From: Camelus dromedarius
Lineage: Eukaryota
Assembly: GCF_036321535.1 (NCBI RefSeq)
Contig: NC_087447.1
Span: 33,420,001 to 33,484,000, forward strand
Direction: 5' to 3'
Length of the DNA: 64,000 nt
Positions 12,801 to 27,560 of the stretch are shown here, piece after piece. Numbering within the stretch: position 1 is the stretch's first letter; the number at the start of each line of letters is the position of its first letter. The notes below the pieces were generated by a model that was not told the origin of the DNA, searched no databases, and saw nothing but the letters and a program-made list of their open reading frames with translations. The position numbers and the translations under genes are program-made.

Positions 12801-15269
12801 ATGCAAGTTCCTTGATACCATCTTCAGAATGCAAGAGCTACAGACAGACAGTTATACAAGCCCTCAAGTACCATGGCAAAGACTTTCCGATGAGCAAGTC
12901 CCAAAACTGAGTAATACAGACTGAGAAACCAGGCAGCTGAACTCGAGACTCCATGCAGATAATCCTGAGAAAAATGTAGCCAGTGAAAAGCAAGTGAAAT
13001 TGCTAGTCTTCTTCCAGTGCCTTCCTTCACCATCCCCAGCTCAGGAGATTTGTACAAGGGCCCCCCCCCCAAAAAAGAGCAAGAAGAACCCCTCTCACTG
13101 TTCCTAGATAGGAATAGCAAGTCTGAGTCTGCCAGGCATACAGCTCACTCACAGGAAAGCCAGATAGATGGATGTCAGAAAGAGCAAGAGAAACAGCAAC
13201 ATGAACATTAATTAGATCGTGCATAATCCTTTTGGTAAGTGCACAATTTACTGCTTAAGTCGACTGCATTATTATCAGCCCGAATGTATCACATTCCCAT
13301 AGGCTATCTGACAGAAATAATGCACTTACTCTACAACCATCTAAACATCTACCCTTTCTTTTGGCAAAAAAAAAAAAAAAACAAAAAAAGCCCCATTCCC
13401 ACTTAGTCATGTTTCTAGGCCTCACATTCAAACAAGGTGCTGCCTATTAAGATGTATTAGGAGAAATATGGGAATTTTGCATTCTGTTAGTACCTATTGG
13501 TATTTTCAAGTGTAAGTAACTCACTTCTAATACAACAGCGTGCAAAATTAAACGTTTAGTCAAACAAAAACTGCTTGAGAGGAATGAAGAATGCAAAGAG
13601 TAGATGTCTCGCTCCTTGTGAAAGTCAGTCACCGCGTCAAGGGCTCACATTAGGAATTTCCTTCACAAGGTCCAAATTCTCTTTATTCATGACTTTGGTT
13701 AAGAACGCCCTCCCTAGCAAGCATCCCATCTGCTTAAGAGGCCAGTCAATATTCTATGATGAACTCGATTTTCTGTTAACAGATAAAGCCCTCAGAGCTC
13801 AACACAAAGCAATGCAGTGGTTCAACAACACTACTTATGAGAGAATATTGGATTTTTATTTACCCGGATGAAGAAAGGCCTCTGAAGGGACTCCGCGGTA
13901 CCTTTCCCAATTATATAGAAGAATGAATTTCCATTGTAAACCTTGTGAATCGACATGTATTATGCTGCTGTTCAATGAGACAATATGAAGCCCAAATGAG
14001 ATGCTAAATGAAGAGGTTTATCTTGGGCTTTGCCTAGAATTGAAGAAAAGTATTCATGTTCTCCCTGGAGAGGAAAGTTACCGTGACCTTCCTTGGCTAG
14101 AGAGCGCCTCACCCAACTGCCTTCTAGCTGGCGCCAGTGGGTATCAAGGTGTTCCTTGGAGAAAGTTCCCAGTCACAGAACACAAGGCAATCCCTACCCT
14201 ATCTCCCCTCACTAACACAGTGGTGGGTGGCCATGCACAGGATGCAAGTCCCTCTCTTGGTCTTATGCTAAAAGAGACATAATATGATCTCTCCCTCTCA
14301 GCCTCGAAGGGCAAATAACCAAAGTTCTTGATCTCCTCTAGAAAAACAGATGACATCTATGGTGTCACTGGCATTATTCTTGGCCCTGATAATTGTTCAG
14401 TATTCATTCCATACGTCATGGAAATAAAATCTACAAAATAGTTCCTCAAAGCACTGTGACAGGAGTGTTTGCCAACCGTGTACACTGATGTGAGCAAGTT
14501 GTTGAATTTCCATGTCAGGCTTCCTGGCTGTTGTTAATTATTTGCTAACATAGAAGACACATCACATAGGGCTTGTGCCAGAAAGGCATGAAAGGAACAC
14601 CCCAAAGGGGAGCTCTGCAGCTCCTCCTACCAGTCTGCTTAACAAAACCAATGACACTCAAAAAATGACAAGACAAAAATGACACCCCTGGCATTGTACC
14701 AGAGGAAACAGACTGTAATCAGGCAGATGGATTATAGGGGTGAATATGGTATGGCCCCAACATGTAAGAACTGACTTCTAAGCTAAATCCATTCAGAGCT
14801 CAGGAAAGATGGTGTTAGCAGGGCTCAGGTTTCCAAACCATTCCTTAGCCACTGTCTGCAGAATAAACATAAAAGTGAACTAAAAAGAGAAGGCGAAGTT
14901 GAAATCTGGAGGGAGGTGCCTTTATTGTGGTAAATGAGAAAGCAGCAGTGTTCAAATGAGATTAGCAAAGATGCTGGAGAAACTCTGCCAGAGAAGGGTG
15001 TGAGCACCATCCAGAGAAAGGGGAGGTCTTCCAGAGACGATCAAGTCCTCATGTGACCTTAGAAAACACTTGCCAACTGCATCTTTTTCTTGCCTAGCAA
15101 TTAAATTTTAAAGTCTCATTCTCTCTCCTCATCTGGATCTCTATGTCAAGGGTACTTTCCTTGCTTAGCCGTGTTTTATGCCCTAAATCTCTCTCTCCCA
15201 CTACTTGTTACCAACCCTTACTCTGTCTATTCCAAGATCATGCTGATGGTGGATCAGATCCAACAATTA

Positions 15270-16040
15270 GCTCATATAAGTCTGTCCTATTTAGCGTTGT
15301 TACTTATGATTTGGCAGTGTAGTGGCAGATGTGCTTATGGAATCTGCAGGAAAATAGGAAGTTTTAAGATAACACCATCAGGATTAAGAGAGACATTAAC
15401 AGGCCAAAATTAGGGCCAAATTAAGTAAGATGAAATTTATCAACAACAACAAAAAAATGAAAGATCTCATGCTCAGGGACTGTGCTTCTCAAAGACAGAA
15501 TGTGAGATCTAAGGTTTAACAGAAATGCATATTGAAAAAGACCACTTTGCTGTTCTGGTCAATAGTGAGCTAAGATAAGGCTGTCAGAAAGGATGCTGTA
15601 ATCTTAAACTGTACCAGGAGAAGGTAATTATCTCGTTCTAATCTGAGTCAGTCTGCTTAGAGATAATCACATTGAGTTGTAGAACTTCTCAGATGATAAA
15701 CAGACACACTTTTGAAAGAACCAAGCAAGACTGTGAGGGCCCCATGAGCCAAATCAAGTGATGAATGGTTGAAAGAACAGAAGATATTAAATTTGAAGAC
15801 GATTAAAGGGTGGTATGATAAAGTCTTCAAATATCTGGAGGACTGGCATGTAGAAGAGGGATTTGACTTGTTCAACGTAGCTAAGAGGTAAAAGGTATAC
15901 CAAGTGTAAGCTACACGGAGGTATTTTCAGCTCAAGATAAGAACTTTCTAGTAGTCAGACAACAACAGGAGGCAGTGAATGAACTGCAGTCTCTGAAGGA
16001 TACCCCAGCAGGTGATAGAAGACCACTTGGCAAGGACAGT
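15270..16040 (+). mobile_element. L3/CR1 LINE 3' remnant
   Basis: 'gtcttcaaatatctggaggactggcatgtagaagagggatttgacttgttc...ttcagctcaagataagaactttcta' is the characteristic L3 3' region. Confidence 0.8.
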
Positions 16041-16334
16041 TATCCTCAAACTCAGACAGACACGGCCTCAAAAGTTGTAAGAGCTGCCCCTGATTATCTA
16101 CTACAGGCCAGAATTTTAAAGACTTCATAATCCTTGAAATAACCCTAAAAGGCGGACATTGCTATACTCAATTGACAGACGTTCACAGAAGTTAAATGAC
16201 TTGCCTAATACCATTCAATAAATGCAAAGCCTAAATTCAAATCCAGACGTAAATTTGTGCTATGCCACGTTGCCTTATAATCCTCTATTGATTCTGCCCT
16301 TAAAAAGTCAGATATTCCACCAGTTGGTTACATA

Positions 16335-16540
16335 AACAGTGTGAGGTACAGAAAGATCACTGGACTAAAGTCAGACAACATCCATTTACATCAAGCTTTG
16401 TGACTTTGGGCAAGTTACTAAATCTCTCTAGGCCCTTACAGTTTCTTCACTCATAAACTTAACATTACCTATTAGACAGGTTTTTGACGAATATAAAACA
16501 GGTAATCTCAATAAAAGCACATTGTAAATTCTAATAAATG
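16335..16540 (+). mobile_element. MIR SINE
   Basis: 'tgtgactttgggcaagttactaaatctctct...cagtttcttcac'. Confidence 0.75.
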
Positions 16541-19500
16541 CTTTTCTAATGTACATTATTAATGTTATCAGGTTATTGGGTAATGTTTCTACCCTCACAG
16601 AACAATCTAAAAGATATTTTAACTTGCAGTATTTTCAGAAAAAAAAAAAGAAAGAAAGAAAGAAACCTGATCTAAGCCACTTGACTCAATTGGTTAGAAG
16701 AGTACCCACTGTCAGCTTTACAATTTCTATGAAAGAGGAGCTTAGGGGCAGCAATCTGATAGGAAAGAGAGGAGAGTTAAGAGCCTCCTAAATCACTCCC
16801 TTGGTGTTGCCACTGATGGCACATGAATCCATAGTCATTAGTCCCATTTTTTCCGAGAATTCAGACAAAATGTGCTGCACAGAATGTTCAATTATACCCC
16901 AGACTAGCTGCCTTCAAAATATTTGCTGGTATTCATGAGTGAGTGATAATTTAGTGTAACCTCATTTTGTTATTCATCTAGATGAATGTCCCAATTTTGT
17001 GATAAATCAAAAGCCTGCCGCTCATTTAAGTACATAGTAGTAACCAGGACTGTCAGGGTCAGAAAGGACATTGAAGGTCTCTGATTCAACCTCCATCTGC
17101 TACTTGCTATGTTAATATATAAACAACCAAAAGCCATCTGTCATGCAGAGACCATATGTGAAATCCTCACGAAATGTTCTGAAGCTTCCCAGGGCAAATG
17201 GATGTCTCACCAAAGGCCTGAGATTGACCATTTTTAAACAATCCACGTGAAATCTATCAGGGGCCAGCAGCTATGATAAGGGATAAGGCAAATATTTCTC
17301 CCTCTCCATCAAGTCCTGATACAACCACAGACCACTTACTACCACCCACAACATAGGTTCTCCCAAGATTCAAGCAGAGATCTATATTCATTGACTTTTT
17401 TACTTTTTCAGGACCTTGGAAAGCACCAATAACCTGGCTAGATGTTATGGGAGCCTCGTAAGCTTTTCAAAAACACAGAGTTCTAGGCCCCTCATAAACT
17501 CTGATGTAACAGATGCCAGTCTGGCCCCACTGCAAAAAAGAATCTCTGACGAAGGCTTTATTTGGCAAAGTCTGTCCTCAAGCAGCCAAGTCAGGCTTGA
17601 CTAGGAGCTCCTGCACCAGCTACTCTTCTACGGCCACACTAGCCTATGATGGAGCAGCTGGGACTCTGCTTAGAGCATCTCCAAGGCAAAGCAAGCGGCA
17701 CAGGGGGACAGTACCCCCTGTGGGGCCGTTTCTAGGTGTTTTTCTATTTAAATAAAAGGCAAACAGGAGAGCAGTACGAAGAAAAAGTCCTTTAGCATGC
17801 CACCTTTTTGTGGTGCATATGAAAAAGTCAAAGTTCTCCCAATCATGGCTCAATAATAGTTGTGTGGATGATGAATGGAGGGGTACTTGAACAGACAGAC
17901 AATATACAGGCAGCCACTTTTAAATTTATTTGACAAAAATACTATTATATCCCTGGCCTCCTGGAGCCATTATAGTGCAAATAAATTATAGTTATTTGTT
18001 AATTATTCAATTTCAAATAGTGGCAAATGCTAAAGTATGCTGAATGTCTCCATTTACCTTCTCCAGATACACTCTTTGCCTTGCTCTGTGCCAAAGTGGA
18101 CTCACAGGTTCCCTCTCCCTTTTGGTCCTGCTGGGAGATCCCAGCAGGAGGGCAGGGAGTGTTGAAGTTGGGGTACTAGTTAATTCATACGTGAAGGACT
18201 CAGCACAGCGCTTGGCACACAGCACTAGCTAAATAATGGTAGCTGCTCCCTTTAAGAAGAAAACCAGCGAGCAAGGCCCTTGACTAGTGAGTGGAACGTT
18301 CATGCCTTTTCTCTCTAGGCTGCTGTCTATAGCCGTCCCAATATAAACGTGTCAATACGAACTTGATTGTTTTTTAATAATGTTTACTGAAAGGACAACT
18401 TGTATGCCTCAACTTCTGCTTTGAGCAAGTACACTGAATTATTCATTTAGTTTGGGGCTCTTTCTTTCACAGAGTAATCACCCCTTTCTTGAAAGAAATT
18501 TTTCTTTTTTCCTGCTATCAGTCCTGTCAGATTTTAGAAGTTCACAATCAGGGAAGAAGAGCAAAGCAATTTAGATAAAATTTCCTCTTCTGAAGGAGGG
18601 TTTTTGTTATTAAATGTGAGGCATTCAATAGTCACTGCCAGCTGTTTAATCAAAAAGTTATTGTTCATTGTGGAGGAAAAAATGGAGTTTGGAAAACAAT
18701 GAGGTTACAACTCCAAGTTCAGAAAGTGTCTGATGAAGTTTCAAACTCCTTTTTAAACTCCAACGGATCATTTAAACTATCATGGCCCATTTCTGATAAG
18801 GCATTTCATGGATGATAATAAGAAAATCACTGAGATGTCTGAGATCGCCTACTTATCTCTTTAATTATCCCCTTTCCTAATGGCCCCTTTATGTTCAGAG
18901 TAGAGGATGTAAGTTAGACGGTTTTAGGAGATGTCTGAGATAAGCCTATTATTAAGGACACAAGGGTGACTCCTTTAATTCCAAAACCACAATGAATGAG
19001 AAAAGAAAAATTAAGAAGGTGAGGGAATTATAAGGAAGGGGAAATTTTTGCATGCTCGTGAGAAAAAGGTTTTGAAGACGACTAATGGGGACAAAACAGA
19101 TTCAAGAATCACAAGGACTGTTCTAAATTCTAGACTTAACCACTAAACTTGGGATGTGATCTTGGACAAATCACTTCATCTTCCTGAGATTATTTCCTCA
19201 CCTTTTACATAAACAAAATGGTGTCTGTTTCTTTCTTTACCTTTTTTTAAGGCTCAATGAGATACTGGATAGTAATTGCTTTGAAAACAGTTGCCCAAAG
19301 CTGATGTGAAAAGGCTCAAGTAACGTGGTACTGAGCCACCTGAGTGCTTGTTGGTTTTCCAGAGCCTCCCAGTGAGTGACCCAGCTACATCCCTTTCCTT
19401 ATATTTGGTCCATGAGATAATCTGGTAACTTTTTTAGTAATCTTGCCTTTTTTTATCAAGTTATTAAAGTTCATTTCTGTTACTTACAACTAAAGGATCT

Positions 19501-20529
19501 TAACATGAAGAAGAACAAGAAAATACACTTAATTCAAACAATTCTAGACTCAAATGAAGAACTGCAGTAAGTCTTGGGATGCCCACTCAGCAGTGCCTAA
19601 GAATTCAGATCTTCTCACCACACCTTGCTGCCTACCTCATTTACATTCTGTGATGTAATCAGCAGTTTATGAATTTGTGGGCAACTTAAAGGCAGAAGAC
19701 AGTTCTTATCTGCAATGGCATCCCCAGTGTCTAGACCAGTTCGAGGCACAACATACACACTTAATAACAGTGATTTTCATTTCTCGTGTGTTCGCACTTG
19801 TGTCCATCTGATCAGTTCCTGGTCTCAGCCATCCCTCTATGCTTATGTGATGATTATCCAATGGGTACACTGGCTAGGCTCCTCTGCCTCTTAAATGCAT
19901 TAACTGTCCACCTGTACTTTTTCAATACTACGTTGAATGAAAATCTGTATATCAACCTTTCCATCACAAGAGGATATTTAGAGTAATTGAAGAATTACTC
20001 AAGTAAACCCCATGCTACTTTTCCACAAATACATAAAAAACTGTGTACACCTTCTGCTAGTCTCCTTCACCTCTCCCTCACCGCCTTAAGAGTCTCTCTG
20101 CTTCACAGGGACTCCAGACATACTGAACTATTTGCAAGTCCTGGAAGTTTCATGGACTCTTCTGCTTCCAACCTTTGTGCATTCTGGTCCCCTGGTCCAA
20201 GATAACTTCCTAGCACTTATCTGGCCGTATCATACACCAAGACCCAACTCTGTTGTCAAACTGGGGAGCTTTTCTCACACTATCTTGAGTTTTCTTGAAA
20301 ATGCCGCTTTTGTCTTGCTTTGTATGTTGCTGTCAAAATGTCTGATGCCAACCCGAATTTCTTTCCTTTGTAAATGACGTGGTCTTTTTCCCTTGAAGTC
20401 ATGAGAATATTTCTTTCATTTTAAAATTAAGTAGTTTTACTAGGATATCTCAGAGTAGACATCTCAGGTCAATTTTCCCAAATTCATGATGGGTCCACTC
20501 AATATGTAGATTTGGATTTTTTTCTTCTT

Positions 20530-22070
20530 GCATTGTACTTTTTTTACAGCTTTGAGATATCATTCACATAAATATAATTTATTAATTTAAAGCATATACT
20601 TAACAGTTTGGAATATATTATTAATTTTCTAAATTTATATAACATAAAATTCACCATCTTAACCATTTTTAATGTACAATTCAGTGGCATTAATTACATT
20701 CACAATGATGCACAACCACCACAACTATCTTTTTCCAAAACTTTTCATGATCCCAAACAGAGACTCTGTAACCATAAACAACAACTTCTTATCCTCCCCC
20801 CTCAGCCATGTATTTGTGGAAAAGTAGCATGGGGTTAACCTCTACTTTCTCTGTGATTTAACTGTTTTAGGTATCTCATATAAGGAGAATCATAATATCT
20901 GTCCTTCTGTGTCTGGCTTATACTTGGCATATGTGTACAAGGCTCACTCACGCTGTAGGATATATCAAAACTACTTTCCTTTTTATAGCTGAATAATACT
21001 TCATTGAATGTATATACCACATTTTGTTTACCCATTCATCTGCTGATAAGACACTTGTTTGCTATTGTGAAAAATACTGAAATAAACATTGGCATGCAAA
21101 TATCTATTCAAAGCTCTACTTTCAGTTCCTTTGGGCATGCACCTGGGAGTGGAATTGCTGGGTCATATATGGTAACTTAATGTTTAACTTTTGGAGGAAC
21201 CAAACTATTTTCCCTAGCAGCTGTACCATTTACCTTCCCACCAGCAATGTACAAGGGTCCTATTTTCTCCATATCTTCACCATTTATTCTGTTTTTAATG
21301 ATAGCCTTCTTAATGGGTACTAAATGGCATCTTATTGTGCTTTTTATTTCTATTTTCCTAATGCCTAAGGAAGTTGAGCATCTTTTCATGTTGATTGACC
21401 AACTGTGTATCTTCTTTGGAGAAATATTTATTAAAATAATTTGCCCATTTTTGAAGTAGGTTGTTTGTTGTTGAGTCATGGGAGTTCTTTATTCTGTATA
21501 ATTTGCAAATATTTTCTCCTATTCTGTGGGCTTTTTCTTCTCTTGAATAGTGTCCTTTGGGTGTACAGAAGTCTTTGATATTGATAAGATCAAATTTATC
21601 CTTTATTTTCTTTTATTGTCCAGACTTTTGAGGTCTTATGCAGGAAGTTACTGCCAGATTCAATGTCATGAAGATTTTGCCCTATGTCTTCTTCTAACTG
21701 TTTTATAGTTTTAGCTCTTACATTTAGGTCTTTGATTCATTTTGAGTTCCTTTTTGTATGTGGTGAAAGGTAAAGGTACATCTTCACTCTTTTTCAAATG
21801 GGTATTCAGTTTTTATAGCACCATTTGTTGAAAAACTGTCCTTTTCCCATTGAACAGCATTGGTACCCATTTTTTGAAATCATCTTACCAAATACGTGAG
21901 GGTCGTTTCTGGATTCTCCATTCTGTTCCATTGGTCCATATGTCTATCCTATGCCAATAGCACAATGCTTTGATTATTCTAAGTTTTGTAGTAAGATTTG
22001 AACACAAAGTGAGTCTTCCAATTAGTTCTTTTTCAAGAGTATTTTGCCTATCTTGCATTATGATTTTAAA
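20530..22070 (-). mobile_element. L1MB-like element (3' UTR and ORF2 end), within older L1 sequence at about 20290-22680
   Basis: 'aacataaaattcaccatcttaaccattttt...tacaattcagtggcatt', 'gagtggaattgctgggtcatat'; ORFs 21177..21479 and 21885..22082(-) give ORF2-like peptides (CYWHRIDIW). Confidence 0.9.
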
Positions 22071-23467
22071 TATTAGTTTCATTCAATTATTTCATTTTTC
22101 TTCAGTGACTTCAATTACATATATATAATTACGTACTATATATATAGTATCATCTTTACCTATTTTCTTTATTAACAATCTTCTTTACAGATATTTTTAT
22201 TTATTTAATATTCATTTTCTTGGTTATTTTAATGCTTTTCTTCAATGTTCCCTAGAATTCTTTTTCAATTTATTCTCTTTTGAGGTTTTTACAATTTATT
22301 TTTTATTTCTAAAATGGTAATTCTTTCATTTCTTTCCTGCATTCAGTCACTCATATTTTACATATTCCTAGTTTTTGTATTCTCCTACTTTGATTTAGAG
22401 TGAGTTTCCTACCTCTAGACGTTTATTAAAGGATATTTGATTCAGGCTGAAGTATTACATTACAGTTTTTCCTACTTTGAAGTCGATTTTTTAAAAGAAT
22501 TTACATCACCTGATGTATTTTCTCATTACTAGTAGTTTGTATACAAGTTTCTGCTCTTTTATGTTCATTTTGTAAAGTTTTATCTTCAAGTACATTGATG
22601 TTTACAGTACTTTCTGCCTCCATTTATGGTGACATTGTGAGTATGTATACTTTTATTTGTTCTCCATGTTTCTGGAAAGAATGTGGAGAGATTCAGATAT
22701 AGGCAACCGCCATTTTTCTAGAACAATCCGCATATGAGGGAAACTTTTCTGTATCCTCCCTGTGACCATGCCCCCTGCAAGGTGGATTAATAGCACCATC
22801 TATCTCTGTACTCTTACAAGCACCCATTTCTACAATGTGGTAGAACCTACCACACACAGGAATCAGTTCATCTTCCCAACTACAGCCTGGGATCCTTAGA
22901 ACTTGTACCTTGTCTTCAATATAAGTGGCTACAATTACTGGATTTATAACATGACTCTGCCACTTACTGGTAATAGAACACTGAGCATATAAATTACTTC
23001 ACCAGTATTTTCTAGTTTTCTCATCTGAAAAATGTAGATTATAACAGTACCTACCTTACACGGTTCTTGTAAGAGTTAACAGACACATTTAAAGTACTTA
23101 GGATGGTGCTCAGCATAAAGTATTTAATATTCTTATCATCTCTATAATAATATTCTTATCATCTCTTTCTCCCCAGAAACTAGTATAGGATCTAACATAT
23201 AAAGCACACTCAATGAATGCTGAGCTGACTGCGGGCACAGACTATGAATTGTGATGGCACTCGAGGTTCAGCTGATACAGTTCAGCACTGCATCAGATAT
23301 TATTGTGTATTACAATCAACTAGTCTATCTGTGGTTTTATGTGTCAAACAAGACCATAAGCTCCTTAAAGCATAAAATATATATTTAATTCTACATTCCC
23401 TGTAGCATTATGCTGGCTCAAATAAAAAGGAGCCCCACAAATGCTTTTTTGAAAAACTTAGTAAACA

Positions 23468-23950
23468 CAGATCTCACTCTGCCTATAATGGGGTTATGTT
23501 CTGATACACTTATCGTTAAGTTGAAAATATCCTAAGTCAAAATGTACTGAATACACTTAACCTACCAAATATCACAGCTTAAGACTCACCTCCCTTAAAC
23601 GTGCCCGGAATATTTACATTAGCCTACCATTGGGCAAAATTATCTAACCCAAAGCCTATTTTATAATAAAGTGTTGGATCCCATGTAATCTACTGAACAC
23701 TGTGCTTAAGGTGAGGAACAGAATGGTTGCCTGGGTACCAGCTGTTTGCTCTCATGATCACATGGCTGACTGGAAGTTGTTGTTCACTGCCGAGCATCAC
23801 AACAGAGTATCATGCCGTATATCGATAGTCTGGGGAAAGTAAATCAAAGTCCAAAATTCAAAGTGTGGTTTCTACTAAATGTATCACTTCTACACCATTG
23901 TAAAGCTAAACAGTTGTTAAGTCAAACCATCCTAAGTCTGGGACCAACTT
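23468..23950 (+). mobile_element. TcMar-Tigger MITE, MER47/Tigger5-like
   Basis: 'atggggttatgttctgata...aagttgaaaatatc...tacattagcctaccattgggcaaaat...aagcctattttataataaagtgttg...aaaccatcctaagtctgggacc' follows recalled MER47 consensus end to end. Confidence 0.88.
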
Positions 23951-24579
23951 CATTTAAGAAACTAAACGCTCTGGACATATTTTGAATCTAAATATCCTGT
24001 GTGTGAGAATGTGAGATCTGAAGAGAACGCCAGAGCTACTTTCTTGTACCTCCCCTTCCCCCCGCCACCAATGAGCTTTCAGTGCTGTAATGTCCAGCTC
24101 CAACTCTTCTGAGATAGAAGAGTTCGACACAGTCATTCAATCTCTCTGTAAAATGAAGCAGTAATAGAAGCCCCCAATGTCTTATGTGATATTGAAATAA
24201 AAAGTCTGTAAATCAGAGCCTGGCTTGTAGTAGCTGCTCAAAGGATGGTAGCCCTTAGTCCCCTTCCTCGACTATGCCCTCCACTCCACCCCACCTGCTT
24301 TACCTAACAGACTCCACAGCCTAGTCAGATCCCAAACAGGGAAAAGACCCAGCAGAAGTTCCAGCCAGCCCAGCAGATATCCCTGTTATGCACCTACTGC
24401 AAAACATCATCACGCATATCCTTGCGGTCCTGCAAGCCTGTCTGCACAAGTGACTCCAGTGCTTACCCATTTGGTGGCTCAGAGAATCACTGCCGTCCAC
24501 TTCATTTTTTGTCTTATTTTGGTTCAGTCTGGGTTTTTACCAATTGCATATATAACTTAAAGGGCTCAACAGTGAGTAC

Positions 24580-26020
24580 CCTAAGATACAAAGCAAGCAA
24601 CGTATGACATAAGCACTGTACTAAGTGAAGATACAGATGTGAGAAAAACCTCTGACCTTTGGGAGAAGACAGGCGAGGGGGAGGTATGAACACATAATAA
24701 GCAAATAAATACAGGAAGTGGTCAATGCCAAGAAGAAAGTAAAGCTGAATAAAGGGGTGGGAACAACGTGGTGGGAGAGTTTCCACATTCAATAGTTCCA
24801 CTGATGAAAAAGCGTTTGAATACTTCAAGGAAGCAAATTAAGAGAATATGGAAGGAAAAAGTATTCCAGACCGAGCCAACAGCAAAGGCCCTAAGCCAGG
24901 AGTGTGTGTGAAATGTTCAAGTAACATCAAGGACGCAGGTGTGGCTGGAGCAAAAAAAGCAGGAAAAAGTTGGAAGGGATGAGGATGGAGAAGCAGAAAG
25001 GAGCTAGATCACCTTGGAATTTGAGGCCATGCTATGGATTAATCTTTCACTTTTAGGATAGACAGGAAGTGATTTAGAAAATTTGAGTAGAGGACTGACA
25101 TGATCTAATTAAAAGGATTACTCTGGTTGATGAGTTGAGAATCGAGTAGAATAGGGGCATAGTAAAGATGGAATCAGGGAAAACTCTTGCAAACTATTAC
25201 AACAATACAGATGAGAGATGGTAATGATCTGGACCAGCCTGGTAATTGCAGACATGGTGAAAAGTGGTCAGAGTCTAGATACAGTATGAAGATAATATTA
25301 ACATGTTTACATTTAGAGGAAGAGGGAAAAACTGAGGAATGAAAGATTATTCCAAGTTTCTGGAGGCCCAATAACCCAGTGAAGAATAACTTTCAAGGAG
25401 AGTGTGACCAATTAGGTCAAGTACAGCTGATTGGTCAAATCAGATAAAAACAGAGTATTAACCATGGAACTGGCAATGTGGAGGTCTTTGGTGACTTTAA
25501 TAGAGTATCTTTGGTACAATTATAGGGGCCAAAACCTGACTAAGATGGATTCAAAAGAAAAGGCAAGAGGAAGAAGTGAAGACAGGATTTACTAGCTCTT
25601 CTGGAGATTTTTACTGTCAAAGGAAACAGAGAAATGGGGGCATTGGCTAGAGAGGGATATGGGATGGAAGAAAGATTTTAATTTACATATGATAGGTTTA
25701 TAGAATGTACTTATGCCACTTGAAATAGCCCTGTTGAGAGGAAATACTGATGATAGAGGACAGAGGGAAATGGGTAAAGTGATGTCCTGCACAAGGGAAG
25801 GGAATGGCCCTGAACGGAAGCATGGAGAGTCTTCCTGGCATGGGAAAACGCAACGTCCATGGTCCAGGAGCAGGTAGGCTAGCGAAGGTAGTATCAGGAA
25901 CTGGTAGGGTTCTATTCTGACTGTTTCTATTTTCTGGGTGAGGCAGGTAGCAAGTTTATCCACCAAGTGTGAGGGAGAAGAGTCATCGTTGGCAGCGTGA
26001 GGAGAGAGGCGATGTGGAAT
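24580..26020 (-). mobile_element. L2 LINE remnant
   Basis: 'cagcaaaggccctaagccaggagtgtg...gtggctggagc...aaaaggattactctggttg...ggcaatgtggaggtctttggtgactt'. Confidence 0.85.
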
Positions 26021-26867
26021 AATCACCTCACAAGAGGAGAGTAGGATGGCTTTGAAGTCTAACAAGCCTGGATTTCAACCCCACTCTTACCTGCTTCTGG
26101 GCCCTCCATGATCCTACCTCCTCATAGTCAAAATGGGAATAAAGATGCGTTAAAACTCCTGCCCCCACATCTCACAGGGTGGTTCTGAAAGTTCAATGAG
26201 CTGCTACATGAAAACTCTCACCATAGACATCTGATAAAATGTCTTCATTCCTTTCCTAGTTTCTCCTTCTTATCTTCTGCCCTCCCTCTATTTCCCTCTT
26301 TTTACTTCAAGTATACATGGATGAGGACTAAATAAAATGTCTCACTGACAATCTCGGTATTAAGGAAGGGAATAATCCTTCACTTTCTCCCTTCTCTCTT
26401 CTGGACCCCTTGGGACTCTTTCTAATCCTAATACCCAATCAAATCAGTCAGCCAGGAAACCAATGGGTATTTGAAAATCTTCTCTGTGTCCAAAGCTGTG
26501 TGTCCTGGGGTATAAGGGGAACAAAAGACAAGATGTTCTTAAAAACCTTATGTTATGAGCAGAAAAACAAAAATCAGAAGGAAAGCTACCCCCTGCATAC
26601 ACACTACACTCTAATACAAGATTACTGTGCATCTTTCAGGCCCAGCCCTAAGGACAAAACCATAATTTGAGGGCACCCATTCAGTTCAAACTCCTCATTT
26701 TGCATGATGCCCAGAGAAGAGTTCTTCCTTTGGGTCACATAACTGAGCAGCAGAGCTAGAGTTGGAATCCAAGTCTTCTCACCTACTGGCTTAGGAGTCA
26801 CTGAATTGAATTTCGTAACATTTTCCTCCTCTTCTTCCTTCTATTACTAATATTACTATTGGTAATA

Positions 26868-27085
26868 ATAGTTAACATTTACTGAGTGTTTACCATGTAC
26901 CAGACATAACTCTATACACTTCCTGTTTATTACTTCAATTGAATCCATGACATAGGGTCATTTACCATTTTTTCCCCACCAATGAGAAAACTGTGGTCCA
27001 ATTAACTTAGGCAAAGGGAAAACGCTGGGAAATGAGGGCTTTGGACATGAACGCAGCAGCCTGGCTCTAATCTAAAGCCTTATTC
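26868..27085 (-). mobile_element. MIR SINE
   Basis: 'aatagttaacatttactgagtgtttaccatgtaccagaca...atgagaaaactgtgg'. Confidence 0.8.
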
Positions 27086-27304
27086 ACACACCACCATTCA
27101 TTTTACCTTCCCCATTTCCACTGGAAGTCAACCCCACACCTTTGCTTCTGTTAGAGCCCTGAGCATTTCATATCTGGAATTGTGGGTTTATGCCCATCTC
27201 TTCAGTGTTACCAGAAAAATACTAGGTATCAGCTCCTTAAAGGCCCAGAATTTTCTCCTGCATGCCTAGTACAGCCATTGCTGCATAGTATTTCTTTCCT
27301 CAAT

Positions 27305-27560
27305 TCTTCATTCATTCCCTAATTCAACAAATGCTCAAAGCATCCTCTCTGAGCCAGGCATCTGACCAGGCACTGGGGACACAGCTTTGACACAAGTTCA
27401 AGTTACTGACACTTTTTACAGGAAGTAAGGAGTATGAATCAGGGAGAAGACACAGTAAAATCGTAAACAGGTAAATGATCAAGATAATTTCAAAAAGTGA
27501 GAGTCCTTAGAGGCAATAAAAGAGGATGAGATGATTGACATGATCAAGGGTGATCGGGTA
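27305..27560 (-). mobile_element. L2 3' end
   Basis: 'ttcattcattc...tcaacaaatg...gccaggca...caggcactggggacacag'. Confidence 0.75.

Noticed and set aside
17699..17722. 9-bp GC stem-loop followed by T-rich sequence (terminator-like)
   Set aside because: Intrinsic terminators are not relevant in a mammalian intron, and a stem of this size is expected by chance.
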